This document shows positions 34,859 to 43,845 of a stretch of 64,000 nucleotides of DNA, one piece after another. The DNA is from Escherichia phage ECD7. Position numbers and translations under genes: made by a program. The stretch lies in the sequence record NC_041936.1. One strand, written 5' to 3'. How positions within the stretch are numbered: position 1 is the first letter of the stretch; the number at the start of each line of letters is the position of its first letter. The notes under the pieces are model-generated. The model made no database searches. It saw only the letters and a program-made list of their open reading frames with translations, and was not told the origin of the DNA.

Positions 34859-34943
34859 TATAAGCCATTCCTGAAAAACTCCGGTCGGGTGCAATACCCG
34901 ACTTATCATAAACCTTATGACAGTGTAAAGTGTTAATTCCAAA

Positions 34944-34972
34944 GGGAAGACTCGAAAGGGTCTTCCCTTTTT
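34944..34972 (+). terminator. rho-independent terminator after gene 23 (GAAA tetraloop)
   Basis: gggaagactc/gggtcttccc stem, GAAA loop, TTTTT. Confidence 0.7.
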
Positions 34973-34988
34973 GCGTATTATATCCCGT

Positions 34989-34996
34989 TATAAATA
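34989..34996 (+). promoter_or_regulatory. T4-type late promoter TATAAATA in 23-24 intergenic region
   Basis: Exact TATAAATA immediately after the gene 23 terminator. Confidence 0.5.
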
Positions 34997-35186
34997 GGGT
35001 TGCAAGCTATATTCTATTGGGAGCGAAAATAGATACACACAACAAAGACAGGAAGATGCAGAACATCGGGGGTCGCGAGCCTAAATCCGGTGGCTATGAT
35101 ATGTGTAATTGCTTTTGATGCTGGATTTATTAAAACACAACAAACAATTCCACCAATTTTCGTAGTAACTGCATGGCAAAGGACCA

Positions 35187-35324
35187 ATGAATGAAATGAG
35201 CGTTCATGTTGATATTGGGTCGGATAGATTTGGTAGATATACAGATCTGGTGTATGTCGACCTTGTTATGGCATTCCAGCGTGACGCTAGCGGTAATTTT
35301 TGGTTTTGGTACGCTGTTCCCTGA
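35187..35324 (+). CDS. hypothetical small protein (45 aa)
   Basis: ORF with AAAGGA SD-like sequence; below ORF-track size cutoff. Confidence 0.3.
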   Translation: MNEMSVHVDIGSDRFGRYTDLVYVDLVMAFQRDASGNFWFWYAVP

Positions 35325-35356
35325 ATTAACCCAAAATTCTCCATAAGGAGGAATGC

Positions 35357-35509
35357 ATGAGTAAGAAAGAAAACAGCTATGTTATGACTCGTAAGGAATA
35401 CAACGAATTGATGTTAGCATTAGCTTATGCAATTATTCGTTCTGATCATGCAATTAATCTGGTAAACAAAGTTAACCGTAGCGTTGATAATGTTTCTAGG
35501 AAGAAGTAA
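35357..35509 (+). CDS. hypothetical small protein (50 aa)
   Basis: ORF with strong AAGGAGG SD; below ORF-track size cutoff. Confidence 0.45.
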   Translation: MSKKENSYVMTRKEYNELMLALAYAIIRSDHAINLVNKVNRSVDNVSRKK

Positions 35510-35594
35510 GTTTATTTTGGAATCCTTCGGATTCCTTTTTCTTTTTTTGTATAAATATGATATATCCATTAAGGCAAATACAGGATTCATAAAC

Positions 35595-36836
35595 ATGACT
35601 CATATTTTTACTGAACTGTTGCGGGAATCTACTTCCTCAGTAGCTAACCAGACAGCGCGACCGCAACTATTATCATTAACTCGCGCGGTAAACAACCTGA
35701 TTTTCTCTGATCTGGTAGCAATCCAGCCAACGGATCAACCAGTATCTGCATTGTACGGCCTACGTTATCTTAATCGTGATGGTCAGATGACTTTCCGAAC
35801 TGCTGCGACCTACGGTGGCGCGGCTGGTGATCGCACAGAGATTGAAGAGTTTTCAAAAGAAAAATCTTATGACGAAGGCGCACTGTTCAAATCAGGCGAT
35901 GTTGTATACGAAGTTGTGACCGCTGGTACAGTCGGTGAAGATGCCGAAACTCCAGAATCTGCAATCTTTAAAGGCGTAATGACAAACAAAATTCGTTTCT
36001 ATAGCGATTGTGCATCGGTAGAATACTTTGAAGATAAAAACACCGAAATTTCGTCTACCTCTATGCAGTTTGATAAATGGCAGGTTAATGTAGGTTCCCG
36101 TAAACTGAAAACCTCGTTCACCACTGAATTAATGCAGGATCTTGAGGCAAGCCAAATCAACTCTGAAAACTCTGTAATTGATCTTCTGGCTACTGTTGCT
36201 TCCGAAGAGATCAACAAAGATATTATTCAGAAGTTGATCACTGTATCATCTCGCTATAAAATTAAAGGGATCACCCCTGATGGCGTACTTTCTCTCGTTA
36301 GCGTTCAGGATGCACCAACACAAGCGCGTGAACTTTACCGCTATGCTTGCGAGATGAGCAATCAAATGTTGCGGACTTCCTCCTTTGCTGGTACATACGT
36401 TTTGGCGTCTTCTCGCGTGGTTGGCCTCCTGCAATCTACCGGATGGATGGAAGAAACCGACAATGCTCTAAGCGAAGGTCGTCTACGTTGCGGTCTGGAA
36501 GTGTACGCAGACACGACAACACCTTTCGATTATATGCTCGTTGGTTGTAAGCACATGATCGGTGATATGGAGAGTGTAGGTTCTTTGTTCTACTCCCCAT
36601 ATACAGAAGCCGACGGCGCTGGCGCGTATAAGAGTGTAATTGACCCTAATAGCTTCCAGCATCATGTAGCTATTATGAATCGTTATTCACTCTCTGTCAA
36701 CCCATACACATCAAAAGTTGATCAGGAAGAACACCAGGTCATCAAGGGTGACGATTGGGGTAAAATGGCTGGACGTTCAGAAATGTCCTACATTTTAGGA
36801 ATCGAACTGCCACCGCTTGAGATTGACAACGCTTAA
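35595..36836 (+). CDS. 24: head vertex protein gp24
   Basis: Start at ATG 35595 (N-terminus ELLRESTSS... aligns with T4 gp24); gp23-like fold motifs; track start 35484 gives an unsupported N-terminal extension. Confidence 0.85.
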   Translation: MTHIFTELLRESTSSVANQTARPQLLSLTRAVNNLIFSDLVAIQPTDQPVSALYGLRYLNRDGQMTFRTAATYGGAAGDRTEIEEFSKEKSYDEGALFKSGDVVYEVVTAGTVGEDAETPESAIFKGVMTNKIRFYSDCASVEYFEDKNTEISSTSMQFDKWQVNVGSRKLKTSFTTELMQDLEASQINSENSVIDLLATVASEEINKDIIQKLITVSSRYKIKGITPDGVLSLVSVQDAPTQARELYRYACEMSNQMLRTSSFAGTYVLASSRVVGLLQSTGWMEETDNALSEGRLRCGLEVYADTTTPFDYMLVGCKHMIGDMESVGSLFYSPYTEADGAGAYKSVIDPNSFQHHVAIMNRYSLSVNPYTSKVDQEEHQVIKGDDWGKMAGRSEMSYILGIELPPLEIDNA

Positions 36837-37424
36837 CTAAATATCTAACCAAGACAAGTCAGATCCGCCCAAGATTTTTTCGACGGCGGATCTATTTTCT
36901 TGATGATATAAGTTAAAACATGGTATCCCATGTCTACGGGCAACATAAACAGCAATTCGAGTTCCTCCCGAAACGATTCCATTAACTTCTTTCGCCCAAA
37001 ATATCACACAATCTACAGGGTCATCAAGTGTCTCACCTAAGACTTGAGCAACATTTCTAGAAAACAGATTTTGCATGTATAACGGTATAGAACGAGGATT
37101 ATCATAAACGTGTTCTAATTCATCCATCGCCAGATTTTTTTGTTCTAAGGTTTGCCATGCAATCACATCATGACCGTTATGCTTGTGGTCATAAAACTTC
37201 CAATTTGGAATGAAAATTTTTCTATAATCTGGATCGTAATACTTCATGAAAGCATTGTCCATACCGTAAGCCCCTCCAGAATGCGCTACAACGCGATTTT
37301 CTGACAATACCCTCCCAATGGTACTAGCCATTATCAAAATGTCGCTAGGCGCTTTTCTAGAGCCGATTAAAGCACATCTACGAAGTGGTTTTACTCCAAA
37401 TAGATCTTGTAACTGGTCAAACAT
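36837..37424 (-). CDS. DprA/Smf-like (SLOG-type Rossmann fold) protein
   Basis: ALIGSRKAPSDIL...VVAHSGGAYGMDNAF and later GGTRIAVYVARRHGIP resemble the DprA GSR / SGxAxGxD signature; 195 aa. Confidence 0.5.
   Translation of the reverse strand: MFDQLQDLFGVKPLRRCALIGSRKAPSDILIMASTIGRVLSENRVVAHSGGAYGMDNAFMKYYDPDYRKIFIPNWKFYDHKHNGHDVIAWQTLEQKNLAMDELEHVYDNPRSIPLYMQNLFSRNVAQVLGETLDDPVDCVIFWAKEVNGIVSGGTRIAVYVARRHGIPCFNLYHQENRSAVEKILGGSDLSWLDI
36861..36899 (+). terminator. terminator-like hairpin after gene 24
   Basis: 9-bp stem agatccgcc/ggcggatct with 15-nt loop then ATTTTCTT; overlaps 3' end of convergent gene. Confidence 0.4.
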
Positions 37425-37543
37425 AATATTTCCTCCATAGAAAGCAATATCATACTACAAGTTAATAACAAATACAAGTATCCGCGTAGCGGAAGCGAGC
37501 ACAGCGAGCAATAAAACACTTCCAGTAATTGATTAATAAATGT

Positions 37544-37603
37544 TCGAAACAAATTTTTATTATTCTATAAGATAAGTCTTCGTTTTGATCATAATTTAAT
37601 CAT
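37544..37603. repeat. intergenic repeat copy B
   Basis: cgaaacaaattttt-tattattcta-aaga...tcttcgttttgatcataatttaatca shared with copies A and C. Confidence 0.7.
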
Positions 37604-37702
37604 ACATGTAAAAACTACACAAAAGGATATCGCTTCGCGAACTCCTACGGAGTATAACATTTGTGTTACAATATGTAGTGATTAATAATTAACCAAAGAT
37701 AC

Positions 37703-37752
37703 ATTTTCTATGTTCTAAAGATCTTTCTTCGTTTTGATCATAATTTAATCAA
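37703..37752. repeat. intergenic repeat copy C (24-mer at 37713..37736 identical to copy A)
   Basis: Direct sequence comparison. Confidence 0.7.
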
Positions 37753-37804
37753 ACAGTATTAATATTGTGCACATGTAAACTAAAATTATGTTAATAACAG
37801 ATAC

Positions 37805-37829
37805 AAAAAAGCCGCCCCAAAGGACGGCT
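37805..37829 (-). terminator. rho-independent terminator (minus strand)
   Basis: On minus strand GCCGUCC-UUUG-GGGCGGC followed by T6. Confidence 0.6.
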
Positions 37830-37837
37830 AATGTTAA

Positions 37838-38275
37838 TTATTTGTTGATAACGATCTGATTTCGGCGAATGGTAACATTACTCTTAGAGATGATCAGATC
37901 ATCCGGCACTACGTTAGTTTTGTATGGTTGGAAGCGAACAAGCATCTGATTGCGTTTAGACCCTTCCTTAATCTTGATTTCCATCTGGATATTGTTGCCT
38001 ACGTGAGCAACCGCAATTTCACCTTTATTCTCATAGACCCACTTGCTGGTAACGTCTCCAGCAAAAGCCTTAATAACTTGCAATGCTTCGTCGTATGCGG
38101 TAGAGCTGTGAACTTTCAGAAGGCCAGCCGTAGCAAGACGTGAGCAGGTGATCGCCGGAGATTGCCAAACATCAACATTAATTTGCTCAATCAGAGTAAC
38201 ACCGCCCTGATCAACTGCTTTGAATGCTTCGAACATTGCCTTTTTCATTGCTACGTGGTTTTTACGGAATTTCAT
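37838..38275 (-). CDS. hypothetical protein (145 aa)
   Basis: ORF followed by terminator. Confidence 0.55.
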   Translation of the reverse strand: MKFRKNHVAMKKAMFEAFKAVDQGGVTLIEQINVDVWQSPAITCSRLATAGLLKVHSSTAYDEALQVIKAFAGDVTSKWVYENKGEIAVAHVGNNIQMEIKIKEGSKRNQMLVRFQPYKTNVVPDDLIISKSNVTIRRNQIVINK

Positions 38276-38321
38276 AATTAGTCACCTCTATTGATTAGTT
38301 ATTCAGAATATTAATTACAAA

Positions 38322-38597
38322 TCAGGACATTGCCCGTTTGAATGCGTCCATTATAACAGTGTTATTTGGCATGTCAACACGTTTTTGAACTTTATTTTTA
38401 AATTTTTTGTTGATGTGGTGTTTACGATAAACAACCTTTTCACGGTTGGCGTAAGCCTCGCGTGCGTCTTTTACCATCAACCATGCCTTAGCCGCATCTT
38501 GTCCGCTGATCCCGCCAATCTTCTTAGCAATATCAACAAAATTAAGACCGTGGTCTTCGCGTAGCATGTAAACCATTAACGCTGTTTTCTTGTCCAT
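38322..38597 (-). CDS. hypothetical protein, possible helix-turn-helix DNA-binding (91 aa from ATG 38597)
   Basis: Segment LNFVDIAKKIGGISGQDAAKAWLMV resembles an HTH; start overlaps stop of upstream gene (TGATG). Confidence 0.45.
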   Translation of the reverse strand: MDKKTALMVYMLREDHGLNFVDIAKKIGGISGQDAAKAWLMVKDAREAYANREKVVYRKHHINKKFKNKVQKRVDMPNNTVIMDAFKRAMS

Positions 38598-38794
38598 CAC
38601 TTCGCCCCATTGACGATTAACAGGATAGTGATTAGCACCGGAAACTGGATCATGATAGTGCCAATAAACCGGATAAATGCATTTTCTGACTTCCACACAT
38701 GACATGCGACTAGCTGATAGACCATTGTTGAAACCAGAACTAGGATATAAACCGAAAGCGGTGTAACTTCGATTAGTCGGGAAATCTCATTCAT
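38597..38794 (-). CDS. small hydrophobic protein, predicted membrane (65 aa)
   Basis: Two hydrophobic stretches; GAGGTGA SD before ATG 38794. Confidence 0.45.
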   Translation of the reverse strand: MNEISRLIEVTPLSVYILVLVSTMVYQLVACHVWKSENAFIRFIGTIMIQFPVLITILLIVNGAK

Positions 38795-38959
38795 ACTTCA
38801 CCTCATACATTCATAAACACAACAACGAATAATACAGTAACAGTTATCAACGCCATTTTCAACCCCATATTCATAATATGTTCTTCGCCTCACTATGGAC
38901 AGTAGCATGTCGATGCGTGCCATTATAGACATCTAAATCGCTCTGTCAAGCACAAAAAC

Positions 38960-38984
38960 AAAAAAGCCACCCCGAAGGATGGCT
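38960..38984 (-). terminator. rho-independent terminator after hoc (UUCG tetraloop)
   Basis: On minus strand GCCAUCC-UUCG-GGGUGGC followed by T6. Confidence 0.65.
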
Positions 38985-38995
38985 GATAGATTTCA

Positions 38996-40210
38996 TTAAG
39001 CAGGATGCGTTTCACGAATGCGTAGAACTCGCTCTAACGTATCTCGGTCCAGTTTATGTAACTCTTTGGAATGATACATGAAACCATTGCGAGATTCCAT
39101 GCAAGTGCAATCACTATATTTTTCTTCCGCTGCCGCGATTGTCTCCAGATCTTTGGCGTACTTGCTGGTTGAATAAACTTCTCGATCACGCCACTCTAAC
39201 CCAGACTCATTGAATTTAACAATCTCGTCAAATACCCACCATCCAATGTAGATAAATGAAGTTTTGCGCCACGGGATCGGGTGTACGTAACGAAACATTT
39301 TAACAACTTCCATTGAACATTTTCGGCTTGTACTTGCTGCAACTTCTACTGTTTCATCTTCGATCTGTTGATATAGTTTAGCAACACACCAGAATTTGGC
39401 TGTGTCATCGTAAGTAGCACTCTCTTTGAACAGATGACCGTCTGGAGTGATAGAAAATCCTTCCAGTGCTTCGCCGACCTCACTACCGATCAGAGTCGGT
39501 GACATTTGCCCTTCGCGCTGCAAATACCAGTTATATTTGATCGTCAAATTAGGCATACCGCTAGAATCGCCTACAATGTCCTCTGACACAACATAATTAA
39601 GTGATATCTCATTACCTAGTGCCACGGTCTTTGATTCCACCACATCCTGATCTACGTTCATTGTTGCCAGCATTATTTTAGTCGATGCGCTAGCGGCTGA
39701 ATCTTCCGACTCGCCCCACACTTTTACAGTATACACGCCGTTTTTATCTGCTGTAAATTCTTGGATCGTAATATCCTTTTTTGTGTCTATAACGTCATCG
39801 CCCTTACTCCAACTATAATGTAGTTCATAGTTGTCTGCTGGAGTCTTCCCACCAGAAAAATTTACTGTTGCATGTAATTCTACGTCTTTTTGTGATGATA
39901 CGTAGAAATGCTGCGGTTCGGTGATATTTACGATTAATTCAGCTTCTTCCATGAGGAAAACTTCAGATTCTACTGATGTCATCGTATCGGTATCTTGTAC
40001 CGTTACTTTATAGCTACCCGCATTTTCACTTGTTGCGTCTGCTACAGTTAGCGTAGCTGTGCTATTTTCATGCGGTTGGTCGTCTTTTGTCCATGTATAT
40101 GTCAAATTGCTGGGTAATGGTTCGTCACCCGCTACAGTCGCCGTTAAGGTGAAACCATCTCCAGCAAGAAAACATCTTTTGTTAGATTGTATTGATACTG
40201 TGAAAGCCAT
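38996..40210 (-). CDS. hoc: Hoc-like outer capsid decoration protein with Ig-like domains
   Basis: Repeated Ig-like modules (YTWTKDDQ...GSYKVTV; YSWSKGDD...GVYTVKV), ~404 aa; position between 24 and uvsW. Confidence 0.75.
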   Translation of the reverse strand: MAFTVSIQSNKRCFLAGDGFTLTATVAGDEPLPSNLTYTWTKDDQPHENSTATLTVADATSENAGSYKVTVQDTDTMTSVESEVFLMEEAELIVNITEPQHFYVSSQKDVELHATVNFSGGKTPADNYELHYSWSKGDDVIDTKKDITIQEFTADKNGVYTVKVWGESEDSAASASTKIMLATMNVDQDVVESKTVALGNEISLNYVVSEDIVGDSSGMPNLTIKYNWYLQREGQMSPTLIGSEVGEALEGFSITPDGHLFKESATYDDTAKFWCVAKLYQQIEDETVEVAASTSRKCSMEVVKMFRYVHPIPWRKTSFIYIGWWVFDEIVKFNESGLEWRDREVYSTSKYAKDLETIAAAEEKYSDCTCMESRNGFMYHSKELHKLDRDTLERVLRIRETHPA

Positions 40211-40305
40211 ATAAAGCCACTCCCATCGAAAATCCGAATTTAATTAATTGAAATAGTTGATTGTCATCAACCAGATAACCATTGCGAGATTCCAATACAT
40301 GAGTA

Positions 40306-40470
40306 TTAGAATAGTGATGCAACGAGGCCGAAATAATATCGATCTCGTCTGGGTATTTGTTCTGCTATAAAGTCTGCTGTACTAACAACAATCTTTAACA
40401 GAAGTGGATGACCAACGGAGCCATAAACCGGACCTTCTGTTTGATGTAATACATTGATTTTGTTAGACAT
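40306..40470 (-). CDS. hypothetical small protein (54 aa)
   Basis: ORF with AAAGGGAG SD; below ORF-track size cutoff. Confidence 0.35.
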   Translation of the reverse strand: MSNKINVLHQTEGPVYGSVGHPLLLKIVVSTADFIAEQIPRRDRYYFGLVASLF

Positions 40471-40549
40471 GTAGTCTCCCTTTTTAATTGCATAACGGAA
40501 CTACAATTAAAATTATAACAAATATTTCACAACTTTTATCACCCAAAAA

Positions 40550-41275
40550 TTACTTGAGTGTGTGGAATTGGCTATGTTTAGTCTCTCGCACCTTGACAGA
40601 CCCATCGCGTTTGATATAATAGATCAGTGACTTGAGGGTGTCGTGTACATACGCGTGCGGGAAACGCTCTGGATACTTCTTCCAATCTGGAGTATTAACG
40701 ATCCAGTCGAAAATCCACCACGGGCAGGAGTAGTAACCACGACCGCCACCGATCAAGCAAATGGTCGGACGGAAGCCAGTAAGATCGCAAAATGAATCAG
40801 TGTCATTTGCTGGGGAACGATGTTCTGCTTCGTCAGAGAAAATGTTTGCTACCGGAGATTCCACTTTAACTTCCGGTGCTTCTTCAACATCTGACTTAAC
40901 TTCTTCGACCACTGGTTCAACTGCTGGAGATTCTTCTTTTGTTTCTTCAATGACGATCTCAGGTTCTTTCATTGCTTCAACCAGAGACGGGTCAACTTCG
41001 TCGAATACCACTTTATCATCTGCGGTGTCTGCTGCCAGAATAAGATCGTTAATACTGGTTCCTTCTGCCGGAGTTTCTTCTTCCATTTCGGAAGCCAGTT
41101 TAGTTAATTCGGTTTCTACGAACTCGATCATGTTCTCTAGTGATAAAGTCTTTTTGACCTTAATATCAAATTGTTTTGCGTAGTCAGCTAATTCTGTTTT
41201 AGCTGTTTTCTGTGCTTCTTTGTCGTCGGACGCCGCAATAGCGCGGAGTTCTTCGAAATATTCTTTATCAAACAT
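40550..41275 (-). CDS. acidic hypothetical protein, Inh-like by position
   Basis: 241 aa, acidic central region; adjacent to hoc as T4 inh is; no motif support. Confidence 0.4.
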   Translation of the reverse strand: MFDKEYFEELRAIAASDDKEAQKTAKTELADYAKQFDIKVKKTLSLENMIEFVETELTKLASEMEEETPAEGTSINDLILAADTADDKVVFDEVDPSLVEAMKEPEIVIEETKEESPAVEPVVEEVKSDVEEAPEVKVESPVANIFSDEAEHRSPANDTDSFCDLTGFRPTICLIGGGRGYYSCPWWIFDWIVNTPDWKKYPERFPHAYVHDTLKSLIYYIKRDGSVKVRETKHSQFHTLK

Positions 41276-41301
41276 GTTATTCTCCTGATTGGGGGTGTTT
41301 G

Positions 41302-41309
41302 TATAAATA
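41302..41309 (+). promoter_or_regulatory. T4-type late promoter TATAAATA upstream of uvsW
   Basis: Exact TATAAATA 36 nt upstream of ATG 41346. Confidence 0.55.
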
Positions 41310-41345
41310 TTTGTATACTGTATTTATTGAGTGAGGCTATTCGCT

Positions 41346-42848
41346 ATGCAAGATATTAAAATTCACTTTCTGAACTATTCCCATGTTCAAATTGAATGTA
41401 GCGATTCAATTTTATTAGAAATGCGAGATTATTTTAGTTTTGAAGTCGAGGGAGCGCGGTTTCAAAAAAGATTTAAGTATGGTGGATGGGATGGGCGTAT
41501 TCGTCTTTTAGATTACAACGGAAAGCTGCCAATCGGCCTAACTAAAACCGTGGGAATCTTCGCTAAAAATATGGGCTATAGCGTATGGGTAGATCCTCGC
41601 TTATTCGAAAAAGAACAAGTTACAGAAGAAGAAATTACAAAATGGTGTAATGACTTAGAATTATATTCCGGTGCTAACAGGATCACCCCGCATTGGTATC
41701 AATCAAAGGCTGTCTTTGAAGGTATTCATCATAAACGCCGTATGTTAGTTTTGCCTACGTCCGCTGGTAAATCTGCGATTGCTTGTATGTTGTCTCGCTG
41801 GTACTTAGAGAACTACGAAGGGAAAGTGTTGATCATCGTTCCTACCACGTCGCTAGTGCTGCAAATGCGTGATGATTTTGTTGATTATCGCCAGTTTCCT
41901 TATGAAGCAATTCATACTATCATGAGCGGTACTAGTAAACACGTAGGTGATCGCCTGATCGTTGTTAGTACGTGGCAATCTGCATGTAAACAACCTCGTG
42001 AGTGGTTCCAGCAATTTGGGATGGTTATTGTTGACGAATGTCACAAAGCCACTGCTAAAAACCTGCTAAACATCGTTACTGATATGGATCATTGCCAATT
42101 TAAGATCGGCATGACTGGTTCCCCTCGTGACGGGAAAGCTAACATGATGCAGTATGTCGGGCTTTTCGGTGACATTTCCAAGATCGTGAGTATTGACCGC
42201 CTGATGGAAGAAGGCCAGGTGACAAAACTGAAAATTAACTGTCTTTTCCTTCGTTATACCGATGAGGAATGTAGCGCGGTTAAGGGTAGAGAATATGCGG
42301 AAGAGATCAAGTATATTACGTCTAACCCACGACGTAATAAGTTTGCTTGTAATTTGGCGCTAAAACTCGCTAAGAAGGGCGAAAACGTATTCCTGATGTT
42401 CCGCAATACTAAGCACGGAAAACTTATGTATGACGCGTTACAGAAGGTACACGACAAGGTTTATTATATTGACGGTGGAGTTAAGACAGAAGAACGTGAT
42501 GAATTTAAGAAATTAGCGGAAGGGGAAACCGGGATCATTTGTGTTGCGTCTTATGGTGTGTTCTCTACTGGTGTTTCAATTAAGAATTTGCACCATGTTA
42601 TTTTCGGTCATCCAGTGAAGGAATCAACTATCGTTCGTCAGAGTATCGGTCGTGCATTGCGTAAACATGGTTCGAAAGACATTGCAACGGTCTGGGATCT
42701 TATAGATCATCTGGCGGTGAAGACAAAGAGCAAGAATGCTAAGAAACAGTTTAGTCACCTTAATTATGCTCTTAAACATGCCCTTGAAAGAATAAAAATT
42801 TACAACACCGACCGATTCGAATATGTCACGAAAACCATCGAGATTTAA
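41346..42848 (+). CDS. uvsW: UvsW SF2 DNA/RNA helicase
   Basis: Start at ATG 41346 (MQDIKIHF...); Walker A PTSAGKS, DECH box VIVDECHKA; ~500 aa. Confidence 0.9.
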   Translation: MQDIKIHFLNYSHVQIECSDSILLEMRDYFSFEVEGARFQKRFKYGGWDGRIRLLDYNGKLPIGLTKTVGIFAKNMGYSVWVDPRLFEKEQVTEEEITKWCNDLELYSGANRITPHWYQSKAVFEGIHHKRRMLVLPTSAGKSAIACMLSRWYLENYEGKVLIIVPTTSLVLQMRDDFVDYRQFPYEAIHTIMSGTSKHVGDRLIVVSTWQSACKQPREWFQQFGMVIVDECHKATAKNLLNIVTDMDHCQFKIGMTGSPRDGKANMMQYVGLFGDISKIVSIDRLMEEGQVTKLKINCLFLRYTDEECSAVKGREYAEEIKYITSNPRRNKFACNLALKLAKKGENVFLMFRNTKHGKLMYDALQKVHDKVYYIDGGVKTEERDEFKKLAEGETGIICVASYGVFSTGVSIKNLHHVIFGHPVKESTIVRQSIGRALRKHGSKDIATVWDLIDHLAVKTKSKNAKKQFSHLNYALKHALERIKIYNTDRFEYVTKTIEI

Positions 42849-42854
42849 TAAATA

Positions 42855-42877
42855 GGGGCTTTAATGCCCCTTTATTT
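42855..42877 (+). terminator. rho-independent terminator after uvsW
   Basis: ggggc-tttaat-gcccc followed by TTTATTT. Confidence 0.55.
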
Positions 42878-42892
42878 CTACGGAGATTAAAA

Positions 42893-43129
42893 ATGATTAG
42901 CTTTAAACGTTTTTTGGTTGAGGCCGCTATTGACGGTTTCATGCGTAAGATTTATTCTTGTAATACTATCGAGGGATTAAATGAACTTGAGGAATATTAT
43001 GAGAAGCGCAAGAAAGAAACAGAATTGAAACCTGCTGATGATATTTCGATCCGTGATGCCATCGCTGGACGCCGTAAGCAATTGGAAGCGGACAACGAGC
43101 CAGAAGAGGAGCCGGAAGAGGATTTTTAA
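42893..43129 (+). CDS. uvsW.1: UvsW.1-like small protein
   Basis: 78 aa, directly after uvsW. Confidence 0.65.
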   Translation: MISFKRFLVEAAIDGFMRKIYSCNTIEGLNELEEYYEKRKKETELKPADDISIRDAIAGRRKQLEADNEPEEEPEEDF

Positions 43130-43140
43130 GATATAAAAAA

Positions 43141-43159
43141 GCCCCATCAATGATGGGGC
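43141..43159. terminator. bidirectional hairpin terminator (gccccatca-a-tgatggggc)
   Basis: Perfect 9-bp inverted repeat flanked by A-runs; nearly the same hairpin as 544..562. Confidence 0.5.
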
Positions 43160-43192
43160 AAAATAAACCAATTAAAATCGGTTATCAACAAA

Positions 43193-43369
43193 TTACATTA
43201 ACAGCATTGTTTGCTCTACGAGTTGTTCTTGTTCTTCGCCGTTCGCATCTTCACTAATCGAACGTTCTGTTACTAGCTGTAAGCAGTAGCCAGTGTGAAC
43301 AACGCCGTTTTCTGTCTGGACTGCTAACGCATCCTCGACAGGTTGTTTACAACAAATACAGATTTTCAT
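43193..43369 (-). CDS. small Cys-rich protein (58 aa), uvsY.-2-like by position
   Basis: GGAGG SD 7 nt before ATG 43369; CICCK motif; below ORF-track size cutoff. Confidence 0.5.
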   Translation of the reverse strand: MKICICCKQPVEDALAVQTENGVVHTGYCLQLVTERSISEDANGEEQEQLVEQTMLLM

Positions 43370-43390
43370 AAAAATTCCTCCTGCATGTAT

Positions 43391-43798
43391 TTAGCGACCA
43401 GATTCCAGCATACGCAATTCTATAGCATTCTTGATCGCAAATCCACGAGATTTAACGATATCAAGTGCGCGACCAGCAAAATCCATTACCATCTGGTAAT
43501 ATGCAATTTTCGTATCAAGCGGTAAGATCTCGTCGTCTGCTGCCATGACAACTTTCAATTCTGATTTCTCATATTCAGCACGACACCAGTCATCACTACG
43601 GTTAGTGTAAAAGTCAAGACGATTTTTCATAGCCTTTTTCTTTTTAGCCTCAAGAGCAATCGTCTCTCTTTTCGCCTCGCTGTAAATCCTTAACCACTTT
43701 GAGTATACTACCGGATTATTCAGCGCCTCCCATTGCAACTTAGTCGCATCGATCTTCATGTCAGCTTCTAATTGTTCTTTCAAATCGTTTAGGTCCAT
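43391..43798 (-). CDS. uvsY: UvsY recombination mediator
   Basis: 135 aa; resembles T4 UvsY (KLQWEA.NN...YSKWL, KSRGFAIK). Confidence 0.9.
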   Translation of the reverse strand: MDLNDLKEQLEADMKIDATKLQWEALNNPVVYSKWLRIYSEAKRETIALEAKKKKAMKNRLDFYTNRSDDWCRAEYEKSELKVVMAADDEILPLDTKIAYYQMVMDFAGRALDIVKSRGFAIKNAIELRMLESGR

Positions 43799-43845
43799 AA
43801 TATCCCCTTATTCACACTAAGACCTATATCATATCACACACAAAA

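Noticed and set aside
34046-34942. 298-aa minus-strand ORF (and 33263..33910, 215 aa) opposite gene 23
   Set aside because: Entirely antisense to the major capsid gene, which matches T4 gp23 closely; no SD and no promoter.
35484-35594. Track start of gene 24 at 35484 (450 aa)
   Set aside because: The N-terminal 37 codons overlap the small ORF 35357..35509 and have no T4 gp24 counterpart; the ATG at 35595 gives the conserved N-terminus.
38598-38705. N-terminal extension of the 127-aa ORF (MSCVEVRK...)
   Set aside because: Overlaps the 65-aa membrane gene in another frame; an internal ATG at 38597 with TGATG coupling gives a more parsimonious 91-aa protein.
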